From Chiloscyllium plagiosum (taxonomy: Eukaryota): 64,000 bases of DNA. A program made the translations under genes and the position numbers. The DNA lies in contig NC_057720.1 in NCBI RefSeq assembly GCF_004010195.1, positions 35,204,711 to 35,268,710 of the forward strand. The letters run 5' to 3'. The stretch's first letter is position 1; each line of letters starts with the position of its first letter. Below are positions 24,309 to 36,105 of this stretch, piece by piece. The notes under the pieces were generated by a model. That model was not told the DNA's origin and searched no databases. It saw only the letters and a list, made by a program, of their open reading frames with translations.

Positions 24309-25699
24309 GCCTCTGGAAATAGCCATCAGAAAGCTTATGGAGGTCTAGAGGGGGACAAGAACCATCTGGCAGAAATGTGAGAGGCCATGTGCAGCCTTGA
24401 GTGAAAAATAGAGGAGTCCATACAAGTGCTGAGGTTTGACAATTGCTCCAACATTTGATGGTGCCGTTTCCTTTATGAAGAAATTGGTGATTGCTATAGA
24501 GATCCAGGTTTAATGGTACGTTCAGTGACTGTTGCTTATGTGCTCAGACCTGCCTTCCATCACTTTAACCATAGACTACAAAGGCGAAAGTGGAATGAGG
24601 CATCACAATCTCCCTTAAGTACTCCTCCTCCTACTTCTGAAATCACGGAGGTGCCATTGGCACTGATAATGGGGGTGAAATCACCAGCTAGCTACCAAAG
24701 GGTCATCTGAAGGTGCTCCAAGAGAGTGCTGCTGCTCCTCTTCCCCTCTGCCAATGATGCTATCACCCCTCGTAGGTAATACCAGAAACACTGCCCCTAC
24801 AGTTGTGCAAATAGGCTTGACATCTTCAGCCTCTCTGACATTACCTGTCCATCTGTGGTGCATTCCATTTGGTGTCAATGCTTGGCATCTTACTGGCTCC
24901 AGATTGCCATCCTCCTGAGTTGTATGACCCGAGCATTTGTTGTTTGGTGTTCTGGCATTGTTGTGCTGGATCTGGGTCATCCCTTACTGATTCGTTCAAA
25001 ATATACAAGAGATAGCAAAGCCCTTGGCACCTTTAACCAAGGGTGAACTGCAGACATGAGCCAGGTAAAAATCTGGTCAGCACAATCTTCATGCTGTCAC
25101 TCCTGACCTGGGAACATTGAACAAATGGGAGTCCTATTCTTTGCATCACCAACATTCTAGTCTTTACCAACTCCGTTGTGGACAGCTCCATTTTTGATCT
25201 TTAGAGATAACTCTTAGTGTTGCCATGGGTATGTCCCCAGGCATTCCTAGATTGACCCTTGACATTGAAGCCATCATTCTGTACCATTGTTCTTGATTTT
25301 TCTAGCATCATCCTTGACCCCACTTCACCTTCCACATCCTGCCTTCATTGCCCTTGAGTTACCCATGTCCATACATGAAGGCTCAGCCTCCATTCATCAT
25401 AGAGTTTCCCCAAAACCGTCTAGCATACTTGACTAGTCATTTGTAGATATTTACTTCCCTTCTATAATCCAGTTTCCAACTTCTATGCTGGATAAAGTCT
25501 AACATATCCACCAGAACTCATTGTTGTCTCCCTCGGTCAGCCATGTCTGGTTGCACATCACCCTGCCTCCTTGCTCCCTCAATCAGCCCTGTCTTACTTC
25601 CCCTGCTTACTACTTACCAATTCTAATGCATTAATGTCTTCTCTCACAATTTTCAACAAAGCAACCCATGAAAGAAAAGAAGAGCTTACTTCATCCAAA

Positions 25700-25885
25700 A
25701 CTATCAGAAAGACTAGCTCAGCATCTGTGGATAGAGAAACAGAGTTAATGTTTAGAGTCCAATGATTCTGCTTTGGAACTGAAGAAGAGACATTTTGGAT
25801 ATTCTGTTTCTCTCTGCCAGACCTATTGAGATTCCCCAATACTTTCTGTTCTTATTTTGTATCTCCAGCTTCCGCAATATTTTGT
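25700..25885. mobile_element. Highly decayed Penelope-like inverted remnant
   Basis: CAGCATCTGTGGATAGAGAAACAGAGTTAATG..CTGAAGAAGAG..TCTGTTTCTCTCTGCCAGACC..TCCAGCTTCCGCA. Confidence 0.55.
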
Positions 25886-27915
25886 TACAGCTTGCCTGCT
25901 ACACACCATCTCTCAGCAGTTATGAATCTGAAGGCCTATGGTTCTACAGTGTTGCAGAGATAATTGAAAAGGTACCATTTAATCTGACAAAATGTTGTTT
26001 GAGTGAGAGCACAGGGCATCCTAATGCATGAAAGAAAGGTTCCCATGGCTTGGTCTGCCACAACCTCCATCCTGCTGCCAAGTGCTTGCCATTTTGCCTC
26101 TGCCACGCACCCACCTCACTTCCCCCTGCCAGAAGCAGCACCAAACTCCAGCAGAAAACTTCAATTTTATTAGGAATGGTAAGTTGATATTTATTATGAT
26201 CATAAATTTGAATGATAATGTCTTCAAGATGGTCAGGCTAAATGGGAAATTAGTTTGTACATCTTTCAGACCAAAGGAGGCTGCATAGTGACAACAGCTT
26301 TGTTGAAAAAGGTGTTTGAGAAAGGGAAGGAAGAACCAAGTTTTAAAAGCAGCTATGGAAGTCAAGGTCAAATGCACGGCTCGAGAGCTTGGCATAGCAG
26401 CATTTTTCCCTTGTAGATGTGCCTGGTTGGCATTTTAAACAATCAAGCAATAGCATTTACTGGTTTCTGAAACATGATTGTTTTAGATTTACAATGACAG
26501 TGCTTTCAAAAATTTGACTTATGTAACCTCTAAATGTCAGGCAATAAAGTCTTCCTCATACCTGACACAATGAACACATTTCACATAAATCACCCCATGC
26601 TTAAAACCTTGGAATTCAAGCAAACAATCCTTGCCTTTGACAAACATCAAGTCCTTGCTGTGTTGCCTGAGGTGAAGGTGTCTTCACTGATGCTCATATG
26701 TTATTTGACCTACTGCTTCACAGAAAATTAATATTAGTAATTTTGATGGAATCTTCATCGAAAATCAGACAAATACATTTTACTGTTAAAATGTCATTTA
26801 ATTGTTTTTTTAATTTCAAATGTGCCTAAAGCATGTATCATATTACAATGTTGTAATCTGAATTTGCTGAAGAATCTAGGAACAATTTTCAAAAAGTGCT
26901 AATAGAAAGCAAAACTTGGAAAGAAAATGGCGTCATGGCTTTTATCGTGGTGTAATACTGGGTTTTCAAATTGTCCAGAATTAATTATAATACAAACCGA
27001 ATACAAAAGGCCACATGATCTTCAAAAAGATCATCACAAACCTCCAGCTTAAACCTTTCTTTACAGCAATGATATAATTCCTAATGGTGAACATTACAAA
27101 TTATCTTGATACAGTTATTATGATTTTGAGAGTGATTTTAAACTTATGGATATCCAGTTACAACTACCAGAAGATTGGAACATTGTTTCCTCAAAACTGA
27201 TGAAAACCTTAACAGAAAGAGTCTTTTTAATGTCAATGTTGAAAACAAAATGTTCAAAATGCTTCAATTGTCACTCCGGGAGCTCAAGTCAGGAACTTCC
27301 CAGATCACTGCATCTGCCTCAGGATAAACTTCTTCAAATGGTAGGATCTTCAAACCAGACTGGGCTGGTTGGTAGGTTGGAATGGAAAAGAAATGGGCTT
27401 TGTCCCACTGCTTACAGATGAGAGAAAGCCATATGGAACCCTGAAAGTTGAGGCAGTCTGTTTATAAGACTTTGCCCCTTCGCAGCCTAATACCCCCACT
27501 ACCCACTCTCCCTTCCAATGTGATGTCACCACATGCGTCAATCTTCATGGTCCCTTTTAGCTCCCATGTAAACTAATTGCTAATTCATTCCAGCTCGTGC
27601 TCCCTAGCCACCTCCATTGCTCTTGAAAATTACGATGTCACCTTAATGAAAACTCATGGTGAATTAATGCCCCACCCATATCCGTGAACCTTATAGCTTC
27701 TGCATTAACTTAATATCAACCTACTAAAATATTCTCAGTTCTGACTCCCTCAATATCCACCAATGTGCAGCTTAGCTCCATCTCAAGATGGAATAAAATG
27801 AAGCGTACATAGAAATTTAAATCTTTATTGTATCAAATATAGCCTATTCATAAAGGTCCATGCAAACATTTAAATATCGCCAAGTACTTAATTACTCAAA
27901 AACAAGCAAACTAAG

Positions 27916-28660
27916 TCATAGAGTCATAGAGATGTACAGCATGGAAATAGGCCCTTCAGTCCAACTCGTCCATGCCACCCAAACATCTCAACCTAATCTA
28001 GTCCCATTTGCCAGCATTTGACCCATATCCCTCCAAACCCTTCCTATTCATATACCCATCCAGATACCTTTTAAATATTGCAATTGTAACAGCAACCACC
28101 CCCTTCCTCTGGCAGCTCATTCCATACATGTACCACTATCTGCATGAAAAAGTTACCCCCTAGGTCCCTTTTATATCTTTCCCCTGTCACCCTAAATCTA
28201 TGCCCTCTAGTTCTGGACTCCCCCACCCCAGGAAAAAGACTTTGTCTATTTATCCTACCATGCCCCGCATGATTTTATAAACCTCTAAAAGGTCACCCCT
28301 CAGCCTTCTATGCTCCAGAGAAAACAGCCCCAGCCTATTCAGTCTCTCCCTGTAGCTCAAATGCTCCAACTCTGGCAACGTCCTTGTAAATGTTTTCTGA
28401 ACCTTTTCAGGTTTCACAACATCCTTCTGATAGAAAGGAGACCAGAATTGTATGCAATATTCCAAAAGTGGCCTAACCAATGTCCTGAATAGCCGCAACA
28501 TGACCGCTCAACTCCTCTACTCAATGCTCTGACCAATAAAGGAAATCATACTAAATGTCTTCTTCACTACTCTATCTACCTGCAACTCTACTTTCAAGGA
28601 GCTATGAACCTGCACTCCAAAGTATCTTTGTTCAGCAACATTCTCTAGGATTTTACCATA
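27916..28660 (-). mobile_element. CR1/HER1-type LINE 3' part
   Basis: LVRPLLEYCIQFWSP; GACTCTAT tail. Confidence 0.95.
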
Positions 28661-28977
28661 ACCTCACATCAAAAGCAGATAGCCCCTTTGAAAACCTCTT
28701 TGAGCTGCCAGTCAAATTATAAGTTTAGATTCCCCCACTCAGATAGGTTCTGGAAGGCAGCCAAGCATAAATAATGACATAATGATAGCCCTTGGGTTAA
28801 TGTCAAGACATAGTCATTGCAACTTCGAGAAGAGATTTATTATTCAACTTCGTCTGAAAGAGGCTTCAAAACTTGACTTTGGAGCTCAGAGACACCTTCT
28901 ACATTTCTGTTTCTACCAGATTGCTTTTTGTGCAGGGACACCAGACTGTGCACCTGAATCCAATCTATATAGGGAAC

Positions 28978-29174
28978 CTGGGCTAAGAGTGTGGCACTGG
29001 AAAAGCACAGCAGGCCAGGCAGCATCGAGGAGCAGGGGAATTGATGTTTCGGGCATAAGTCCTTCATCAGGAAACATTGATTCTCCTGCTCCTCGGATGC
29101 TGCCTGGCCTGCTGTGCTTTTCCAGTGCCACACACTCGTCTCTGATCTCCAGCAGCTGCAGTCCTCACTTTCTC
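28978..29174. mobile_element. Penelope-like fold-back insertion with hammerhead core and 13-bp TSD
   Basis: Inverted arms GTGTGGCACTGGAAAAGCACAGCAGGCCAGGCAGCATC; minus-strand CTGATGA..GCCCGAAAC at 29046-29070; TSD CTAT(A/T)TAGGGAAC at 28965 and 29175. Confidence 0.88.
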
Positions 29175-29549
29175 CTATTTAGGGAACTACTGAGGTAAAA
29201 ATCTCTGAACTGATGGGAGGTGTAGGTGAAAGCCTTGTTGATGCACTCACTCAGCTTCACTGGGACAGAGGGTCAATGGGTGCCACTAGAGACTGCATTA
29301 GAAAAGAGAAGGATTTGTTTGTATAAGAGCTATAAAAGTTCGTGCAGGTTAAGAACGATTTAATACAAATGATGATGGGACAGCAGCACAATGAAAATAG
29401 GGTGGGTGGCAGTTCATGTCTTCTTGACCCACATGAATTGTCCCACTGTTCTGTGGTCAGTAATGTTTTTAAACTGGAATGAAGAGCATAATGTCGACAA
29501 AACACCTTCGTCCCACGCCCACCCCACAACCACCGCCCCCCCCCCCCAC

Positions 29550-29784
29550 TGAAGTGATTGTAATGAGGTCAGTCAACTGGATGTAATAGAATATGTATTC
29601 CCTGTTTGGTGCTGTTAATCTGGACCAATCAGGGAGCCCTGGCTGACGGATAGAAAGAGGAGTGTCACAGATTCTGGCACTCTGAGAACTGACTCTGAAG
29701 AGGTAGTACTCAAGTCAAGGACTGTTCAGGTGTAAATAAGGGGTGACTTGGTAATAGAATACTGGCCTCTGTGGAGTTAGTTCA
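29550..29784 (+). repeat. Gypsy 5' LTR
   Basis: TGAAGTGATTGTAATGAGGTCAG..GGAGTTAGTTCA, with a CCAAT box; homologous to 33346-33455 plus 34438-34570. Confidence 0.85.
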
Positions 29785-29921
29785 GTGGAGACAAGAATGG
29801 GACTAATGACATATCTATGCACAAGTGCCTATTGTTGACTAAAGCCCAACTGGACATCAAACGGGTGCAGCAACTGGGTTTATCATTGGAAAATGTGGCA
29901 AGTGGAGCATATAGGTTGCAG

Positions 29922-30795
29922 TTCTAATTGCGACAGCCCTTTGGTTTCCCCCTGCATCATCAATTGTTTCAGTTTTGAAAGGACTGGATCTTTCTGCATC
30001 CAAAGTCTAATATTGTCAGCTGTAATTGGGAGAATGTCCAGAAGATTTAACACCATTACATTCTCTCCCATTAGGATCCCACAGTGGTGTATCTACTAAT
30101 GGGAGGTGGCTCGATTCACCCACATTTGCTACTCAGCCTCTCCAATAGTGTTCCAACTTGTAATTATAAGCACTTAATATTGGAGCCCATCACTGAATGT
30201 GGCCCAAAGCTATGAGAGACTTGCCTTGTCCTCTTTGTGCTGACCAAGTAGGGGTTTGTGGTCCATGATTATCACAATTATTTGTCCAAAAAGGTATTGT
30301 TGGAACTTCCTGACTCCAAGTATGACCGCCAATCCTTCTTTCTCTCTCTAGGCATCTTGCATTAGCAAAGTCCTGGATGCATATGCTATTAGGAAATCCC
30401 CCCTCTCTGTTGGACCACCAAGGAGCTAATACCACCCTGATGTTGTATGGGGAGGCATTGCATGTCAACATCAGATCTTTCTTGGGATCATAGTGTGCCA
30501 AGAACTTAGAGGAGGATAGCTGTTTCTTTACTTCACTGAAAGCTAAGGTTTATCTATATGACCATTTTCAAGCTGACCCTGTTTTAAATGTTGATGCAAA
30601 GGTGCCAGGATCAAGGCTAGGTTATGCATGGACTTCCTGTAATAATTTTTCAGCCCAAGAAATGACCTAAGCTTCTAGACACCCATGGGAGAAGGGGCAC
30701 TTTTAATTGCCCTCACCATATCTTCCAGTGGGTGTAACCCAGTCTTGTCAACTCTGTAGCCCAAGTAGGTCACTTTGGAGGCTAGGAATATGCTA
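29922..30795 (-). mobile_element. Inverted Gypsy pol segment (RT end, RNase H, tether)
   Basis: IFLASKVTYLGYRVDKTGLHP, LAHYDPKKDLMLTCNASPY, LPITADNIRLWMQKDPVLSK. Confidence 0.9.
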
Positions 30796-30900
30796 TTGGC
30801 CATTCCTTTCCTCTCCACTGGACCACCAAGGAGCTAATTCCAACTTGTAATTATAAGCACTTAGTGTTAGAGCCCACCGCTGAATGCGGGCCAAAGCTAC

Positions 30901-30978
30901 AGGAAGTTTGAGGACTCTGGGATTGTATTCGATGGAGTTTAGAAGGATGAGGGGGGATCTAATTGAAACATACAGAAT
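30901..30978 (+). mobile_element. Short CR1 fragment
   Basis: LRTLGLYSMEFRRMRGDLIETYRI. Confidence 0.85.
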
Positions 30979-31110
30979 AGATTTGATTAGATTACTTCAT
31001 ATGGAAACAGGTCCTTTGGCCCGACAAGTCCACACCGACCCTCCGAAGAGCAACCCACCCAGACCCATTCCCCTACATTTACCCCTTCACCCAACACTAC
31101 AGGCAATTTA
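30979..31110 (-). mobile_element. HE1 SINE 3' half
   Basis: Reverse complement of 7340-7476, with AATCT tail. Confidence 0.9.
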
Positions 31111-32109
31111 TAGGTTGCAGGGTATTCTGATGGAAGTGGATACCTTCACCAATCTGACTAAGCTTGGGGAACACCACTTGAGTGCAGGCAATTGCATAGT
31201 CTCACTCAGGGCATATCCTGAATAGAGGGACTTTTCATCAGCCCACAATAAAACCCCAAAACAAAGCCAAACCTCAACCAAACAGGTAAAATTGTCTTCA
31301 AGGTCCAGGCTGGCAAGCCATTGTAGTTGCTGCCAATATATGGACTCAAGACAACTTAAGAGTCCCACTAGACCTAGATTAAGTAAGAGAACTAACAGGC
31401 CGGTATCCAAGAGAGTTCAAACCTTGGAAAGCCTACCTACATCTGGTTTGGAATAGTTAAATTGCTAAGCAACAGCCAAATCAGAACCAATCAAAATAAA
31501 TATCTGATTAAATGGTCATCTGATTCGAATGGAGGCCTTTTACTTATGCAGTTATATCAGTGATTGCAGAACTAGTTATTAACAAAATTTAAGTTTGCGC
31601 AAGATGCTGACGAGACTGAGAATCTACATACTGGGGACCTTCACAGATTAAGGGTCCAGCTTCGGTAATGGTCTCTTATGAAAAGCAGCTGGTTCAGTTA
31701 CCAGTAATTGCAGTATAAGGCTTGGGTACTTTTCACAGCTGGATAAACACCCAATCTCTCAGACAGAGGATTTATATGCAAAGTTGACAGGGGCTGTCCT
31801 TCACGTAGCTGGACATGAGCCACATTTACTTGCAATTACGTTCGACAAGGAATCCCATAAGTACGTTACAATTAGTGCCATAAGGGCTTGTACCAATGTG
31901 TGAGAATACCATTTGGAGTATTATTGGCCTGTTCAATTCTTTAGCAGATAATAGAGAACATTGTGCAAAGTTTACCTCAGGTCACCATTTATCTCGATGA
32001 CATTCTAATAACAGGGAAAACTAATGAGGAACACTTAGCGAACTTGGACATAGTCTTAAGATGACTTTCCAAGGTCAGTATATGCTTAAGTAGGGAAAAA
32101 TGAGTATTC

Positions 32110-32179
32110 ATAAGACCATAAGACACAGGAGCAGAAATTAGGCCATTCAGCCCATCGAGTCTGCTCCACCATTCAATCA
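32110..32179 (-). mobile_element. CR1 extreme 3' tail at the Gypsy pol deletion junction
   Basis: ATAAGACCATAAGACACAGGAGCAGAAATTAGGCCATTCAGCCC. Confidence 0.85.
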
Positions 32180-33491
32180 AATACGAGCTGAACTCCACCG
32201 CAGCCATCCAGGAGTCTCCGAAATGAAGATGTTGATGGTCAGGCCTGGATTCAGGCATAGCCAGGTTGGTGGGGCAGTGCCCAGAGTGCCAACAAGGACA
32301 AAAATTACCAGCAGCAGCTTCCCGACATTCGTGGGAATGGCTGGGTAAACCCTGCACTCGGTTAAATGTCAACTATGCAGATTCTTTCATGGGCTAAATG
32401 TTCTTAGTCATTGCAAAGTGGTTGGATGTGCATAGAGTTCATTCATCAAACACGGAGATGATGATAGAAGTACTGCTTGCATCTTTTCCAATAAACAGAG
32501 TCCCAGAAGTTTTGGTCACAGAAAACAGGAATTTACTAGCAGAGAATTTATGGATTTATGAAAGTCAAATGGGATTCAACATATAAGCATAACTCCATAT
32601 CACCCATCATCGAATGGTCTGGCAGAAAGAATCATCCAAACTTTGAAGGCTGGCTTGAAGAAACAGCTTACAGCCTCACTAGATACCAAGCTATCATGAT
32701 TCTTATTTGATTATACGACCATCCCACATGTAACATAGAACCAGCAGAGTTGCAAATGAGTAGAAGACTCTGCACCAGGTAAAGCCTGAACTTCCAGGAC
32801 CTGGGAGTAGGATGAAACAGCATCAGGAACACCAATGCTGGACACAAGACTCCGCCAAGCGAGAGAATCAGTTTGATACAGAGGATGATGTTTAGTGTAA
32901 GAATCATGGAAATGACCCTGCATGGGTAAGAGGCATGGTTGACACAAGGTCAGGATCAGTGATGTATAAAGTTCAGGTTGGTGCGACTATCCTGAACAAG
33001 CAGGTAGACCAAATGAAAGCTGCAAATTCACAAACAGTGTGGGAGCAAAACATGCCCTGCCGCTCGGAAGAGTCAGAAAGGCTGCCGGAACCCTTGGGTA
33101 CACCCTTTTCCATAAAGCAGCAATGAGTCCTCTAAATCAGAGCCAGACATAATGGATGTAGCTGCCTCAATGCCTTTGCCTTCAGAAGAAGAAAGTGAAA
33201 TTTTACCGGGGTACATCTTGTGTAAGAGGTGAGCTCCCATTCATTACACAGAGCCTATATTGGATACCAGGTCAGAGGAACCTGACTCAGGAGGCTCTCC
33301 AAGTAAAAGAACCAGCCTAGGCCCTCAGACTCGGATGAGGAGAGATGTTGTGATTGTAACGGGGTCAGCCAGCTAGTCTTCATAGAATATGAGTTCCCTG
33401 ATTGGGGCTGTGGATTTGGCCCAATCAGAATGCTGACAGATAAAAAGAGGAGTGTAAACAGGGGTGTCAGAGGGAAAAAAAAGAGGAATGT

Positions 33492-33976
33492 CTCTCCTCG
33501 TGGGTCTGCTCCTGGGCCTGGCTGAACTGGCCATGAACAGGTCCAGGCAGTGGGCCATGGAGGGTTGTTAGGGCTGATTGCCTGCGCCTCTTCTGTGGGT
33601 GTCCCTGGAGAAGGAGCATGCAGTGTCCACCAACACCCTTGAGCTGCTCAGGGAAAGGTGGACACCACAGGGAGTGGAGTGTCTTATTTCCCCCTCCAAC
33701 TCTAATTCGATTTAAGCCCTGCCCTCCCCTTCACTGTTTGATCACACAGCATTGCCCTTTTTTGTGAAGGGCACTGCTTGTCTCTGGCCACTCGGGTGTT
33801 TTCCTAACTTCCTGGTGGTGGAAATTGAATAAAGATTCATGCACCTTGTGTCTCTCACTGTGTCTCACACCTGCACACACAACATGGGTGCTGGGGAACA
33901 AATAAACACTACTGCAGCTCAGCGGGGGTTAAATAAAAAAAATAAGTAAACAAGAATGTAAAAAAAAGAAAAAAAA
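33492..33976 (+). mobile_element. Tx1-like non-LTR retrotransposon 3' end, copy 1
   Basis: LLVGLLLGLAELAMNRSRQ..VSLEKEHAVSTNTLELLRERWTPQG; AATAAA and A-rich tail. Confidence 0.75.
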
Positions 33977-34019
33977 GGAGTGTAAATAGGCGTGTCAGAG
34001 GGGAAAAAAAGAGGAGTGT

Positions 34020-34440
34020 CTCCCCTCGTGGGTCTGCTCCTGGGCCTGGCCAAACTGGCCATAAACAGGTCCAGGCAACGGGCCATGGAGGGGTTGTTAG
34101 GGCTGATTGCCTGCCCTCTTCTGTGGTTAAGTTTGAGTCTGGGTGTCCCTGGAGAAGGAGCATGCGGTGTCCACCAACACCCTTGAGCTGCTCAGGGAAA
34201 GGTGGACACCACAGGGAATGGAGTGTTTTATTTCCCCCTCCAACTCTAATTCGATTTAAGCCCTGCCCTCCCCTTCACTTTTTTGATCACGCAGCATTGC
34301 CCTTTGTCGATAAGGGTACCGTTTGTCAGTGGCCACTCTGGTGTTTCCTTTTTTCCTGCTGGTGGAATATAAGCAAAGGTTTACACACTTGTTGTTCTTC
34401 ACTGTGTCCTACACCTGCACACAAAATGAAAAAAAAGAAA
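34020..34440 (+). mobile_element. Tx1-like non-LTR retrotransposon 3' end, copy 2
   Basis: LVGLLLGLAKLAINRSRQRAMEG; same 5' start as copy 1, shorter and divergent tail. Confidence 0.75.
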
Positions 34441-34574
34441 AAGAGAAGTGTGAGAGGTTCTGGCACTCTGAGAGATAACACTGAACAGGCCGTACTCAAG
34501 CCACGGACTCTTCATGCGTAATTAAAAGGTGGCTTGGTGACAGGATACAGCCCTCTGCAGCATTATTTCACTCA

Positions 34575-35085
34575 ATCCAGTCAGTCTCTTAGACTTCTCA
34601 TCTGGTTATAGGATAATTTGTCCTGCAATCAGACAAAGAGTATGATGGCAGCGAACGGAAGAGCCATTGGTGGTGGTGCAGCAGCGGTAAAAGGGGGTGA
34701 GGTGTCCCCAGTGGATAAGCAGGAAATGCAGAGGGCAAGAAGGGGTAGTAGGGATAGTAGTTTGAGAAGATGAGGTGGTTGAGTGGACACGGTGCATACA
34801 ATAATGAGAGGTATACTCCATGAGCCCTGGTGAGATGTGTGTGCAATTACACAGTTTTGAGTGAATTCTCTTACTCTATCATTCACCATTTTCCTGCATT
34901 GCTGTGTATTCCATTTAACCATGGATGCAGCACTGATCCAGGCTGTTATCTGTGTCCAGGCAGTGTCTTTACATCTTTTGGTGGTCTACAGAAAGCAGTT
35001 TTTTCTGCCCTACTATCCACCACAACTTCAAGCAGCACAAGTAGTTCCTTGTCAACAAAGTGGGAAGCTAACTTGTTGGGTTGGC
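34575..35085 (-). pseudogene. Harbinger-associated Myb/SANT-domain gene remnant with intron
   Basis: ASHFVDKELLVLLEVVVDSR, frameshift, AWTQITAWISAASMVKWNTQQCRKMVND; donor AGA/GTAAGA; acceptor TTGCAG/ then DKLSYN. Confidence 0.65.
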
Positions 35086-36105
35086 CAATTCCTCACTGAC
35101 AATGATCAAACATCAGAGTACGAGTGCCAGTTGCTGCTTGCTCCAGTGGTGTGGAGCTAAGCTTTAAACATGGTGATAGTGGCATAAATGCTAGAAAGAC
35201 CTTGCAATGGTGAGCACTTGCACCTCTCTTGCTATGCATTTGAGTGAGAAGGACGTTGAAGAGCTCTGTTGCTTACAATGAAAGGGCAATGAGCAGAAGA
35301 TTGTGTGAGAAATGACACTCAAAGCCATGGCATGGTGAGTCTTACATGACAAAACACTTCAATTGAAAATGGGAAAATTTCAACCTGTGGAATTAATAGC
35401 ATTCGCTCGATATGTGGATCAATTGTGTCGTTTACTTAAAAATCAATGCATTCTATTAAGACATTCTAATCTGCATTAAAAAGTTACAAGTGACTCAAGT
35501 AAAAGTCATCTTTTACAACCTTACATAACTGGAGATTTAAACTGTTAAATTATTACAAGATTCAAGAAATGTTTGACTAAGTTCTTGATGGTGGTGTCAA
35601 CTCTCATTTATTTTCAGTGAGTTCAGTGATCATAAAAATAAACCCTTCAAGTCTCACTGGGAAAATAAGGCCTCAGAAATTGCAGTTTCTGAAGTAAGCA
35701 AATGTCAAATGTGAATGCTGTCGGTCTATTTGAATAAAATGTTTTTTTGAAGAAACATGTCATGTTTTAATTCTGGGAAGCTCGAGCTTTGTTTACTTGA
35801 CAAGAACATTTTGTGGTCACTGTAGAGTAGCCTTGGTAAAACAACACGAAATTCAACAAACAATGAAAGATCTTTGTGAAAATAACATTTTGATAGCTCA
35901 GGTTTTATACATCAAAAAAACTTCTGAACTCAAAAATACTTCCTGCAGAACACAGAGAATCTATAGAAGTTCTGTTGAGACAGTTTATTTGTTAAAATTT
36001 TAAGTATTATCCTTTAAATTAATCTTATGCTGATAATTATGTCACTACAGAAATTGATGCAATATCATATTATCTAGCTTTCTTGCACAGTTAGCAAATG
36101 CAAGC

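Larger units (their letters stand above)
29550..34570 (+). mobile_element. Gypsy/Ty3 LTR retrotransposon, decayed and rearranged
   Basis: Two homologous TG..CA LTRs; PBS-like GTGGAGACAAG; PPT at 33333-33345; gag remnant; RT PFGV and YLDDILITG; integrase ELH..HPG and PYHPSSNGLAER. Confidence 0.92.
33346..34570 (+). repeat. Gypsy 3' LTR interrupted by Tx1-like inserts
   Basis: Starts TGTTGTGATTGTAACGGGGTCAG, resumes at AAAAAGAGAAGTGT (34438) and ends TTATTTCA. Confidence 0.85.

Noticed and set aside
33442..34451. Repeated AAAGAGGAGTGT motif as a CRISPR-like array
   Set aside because: Vertebrate context, irregular spacing, and the spacers are retrotransposon DNA.
35826..35901. Possible exon VALVKQHEIQQTMKDLCENNILIAQ
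   Set aside because: Weak acceptor and donor (GTTTTA); no recognised homolog.
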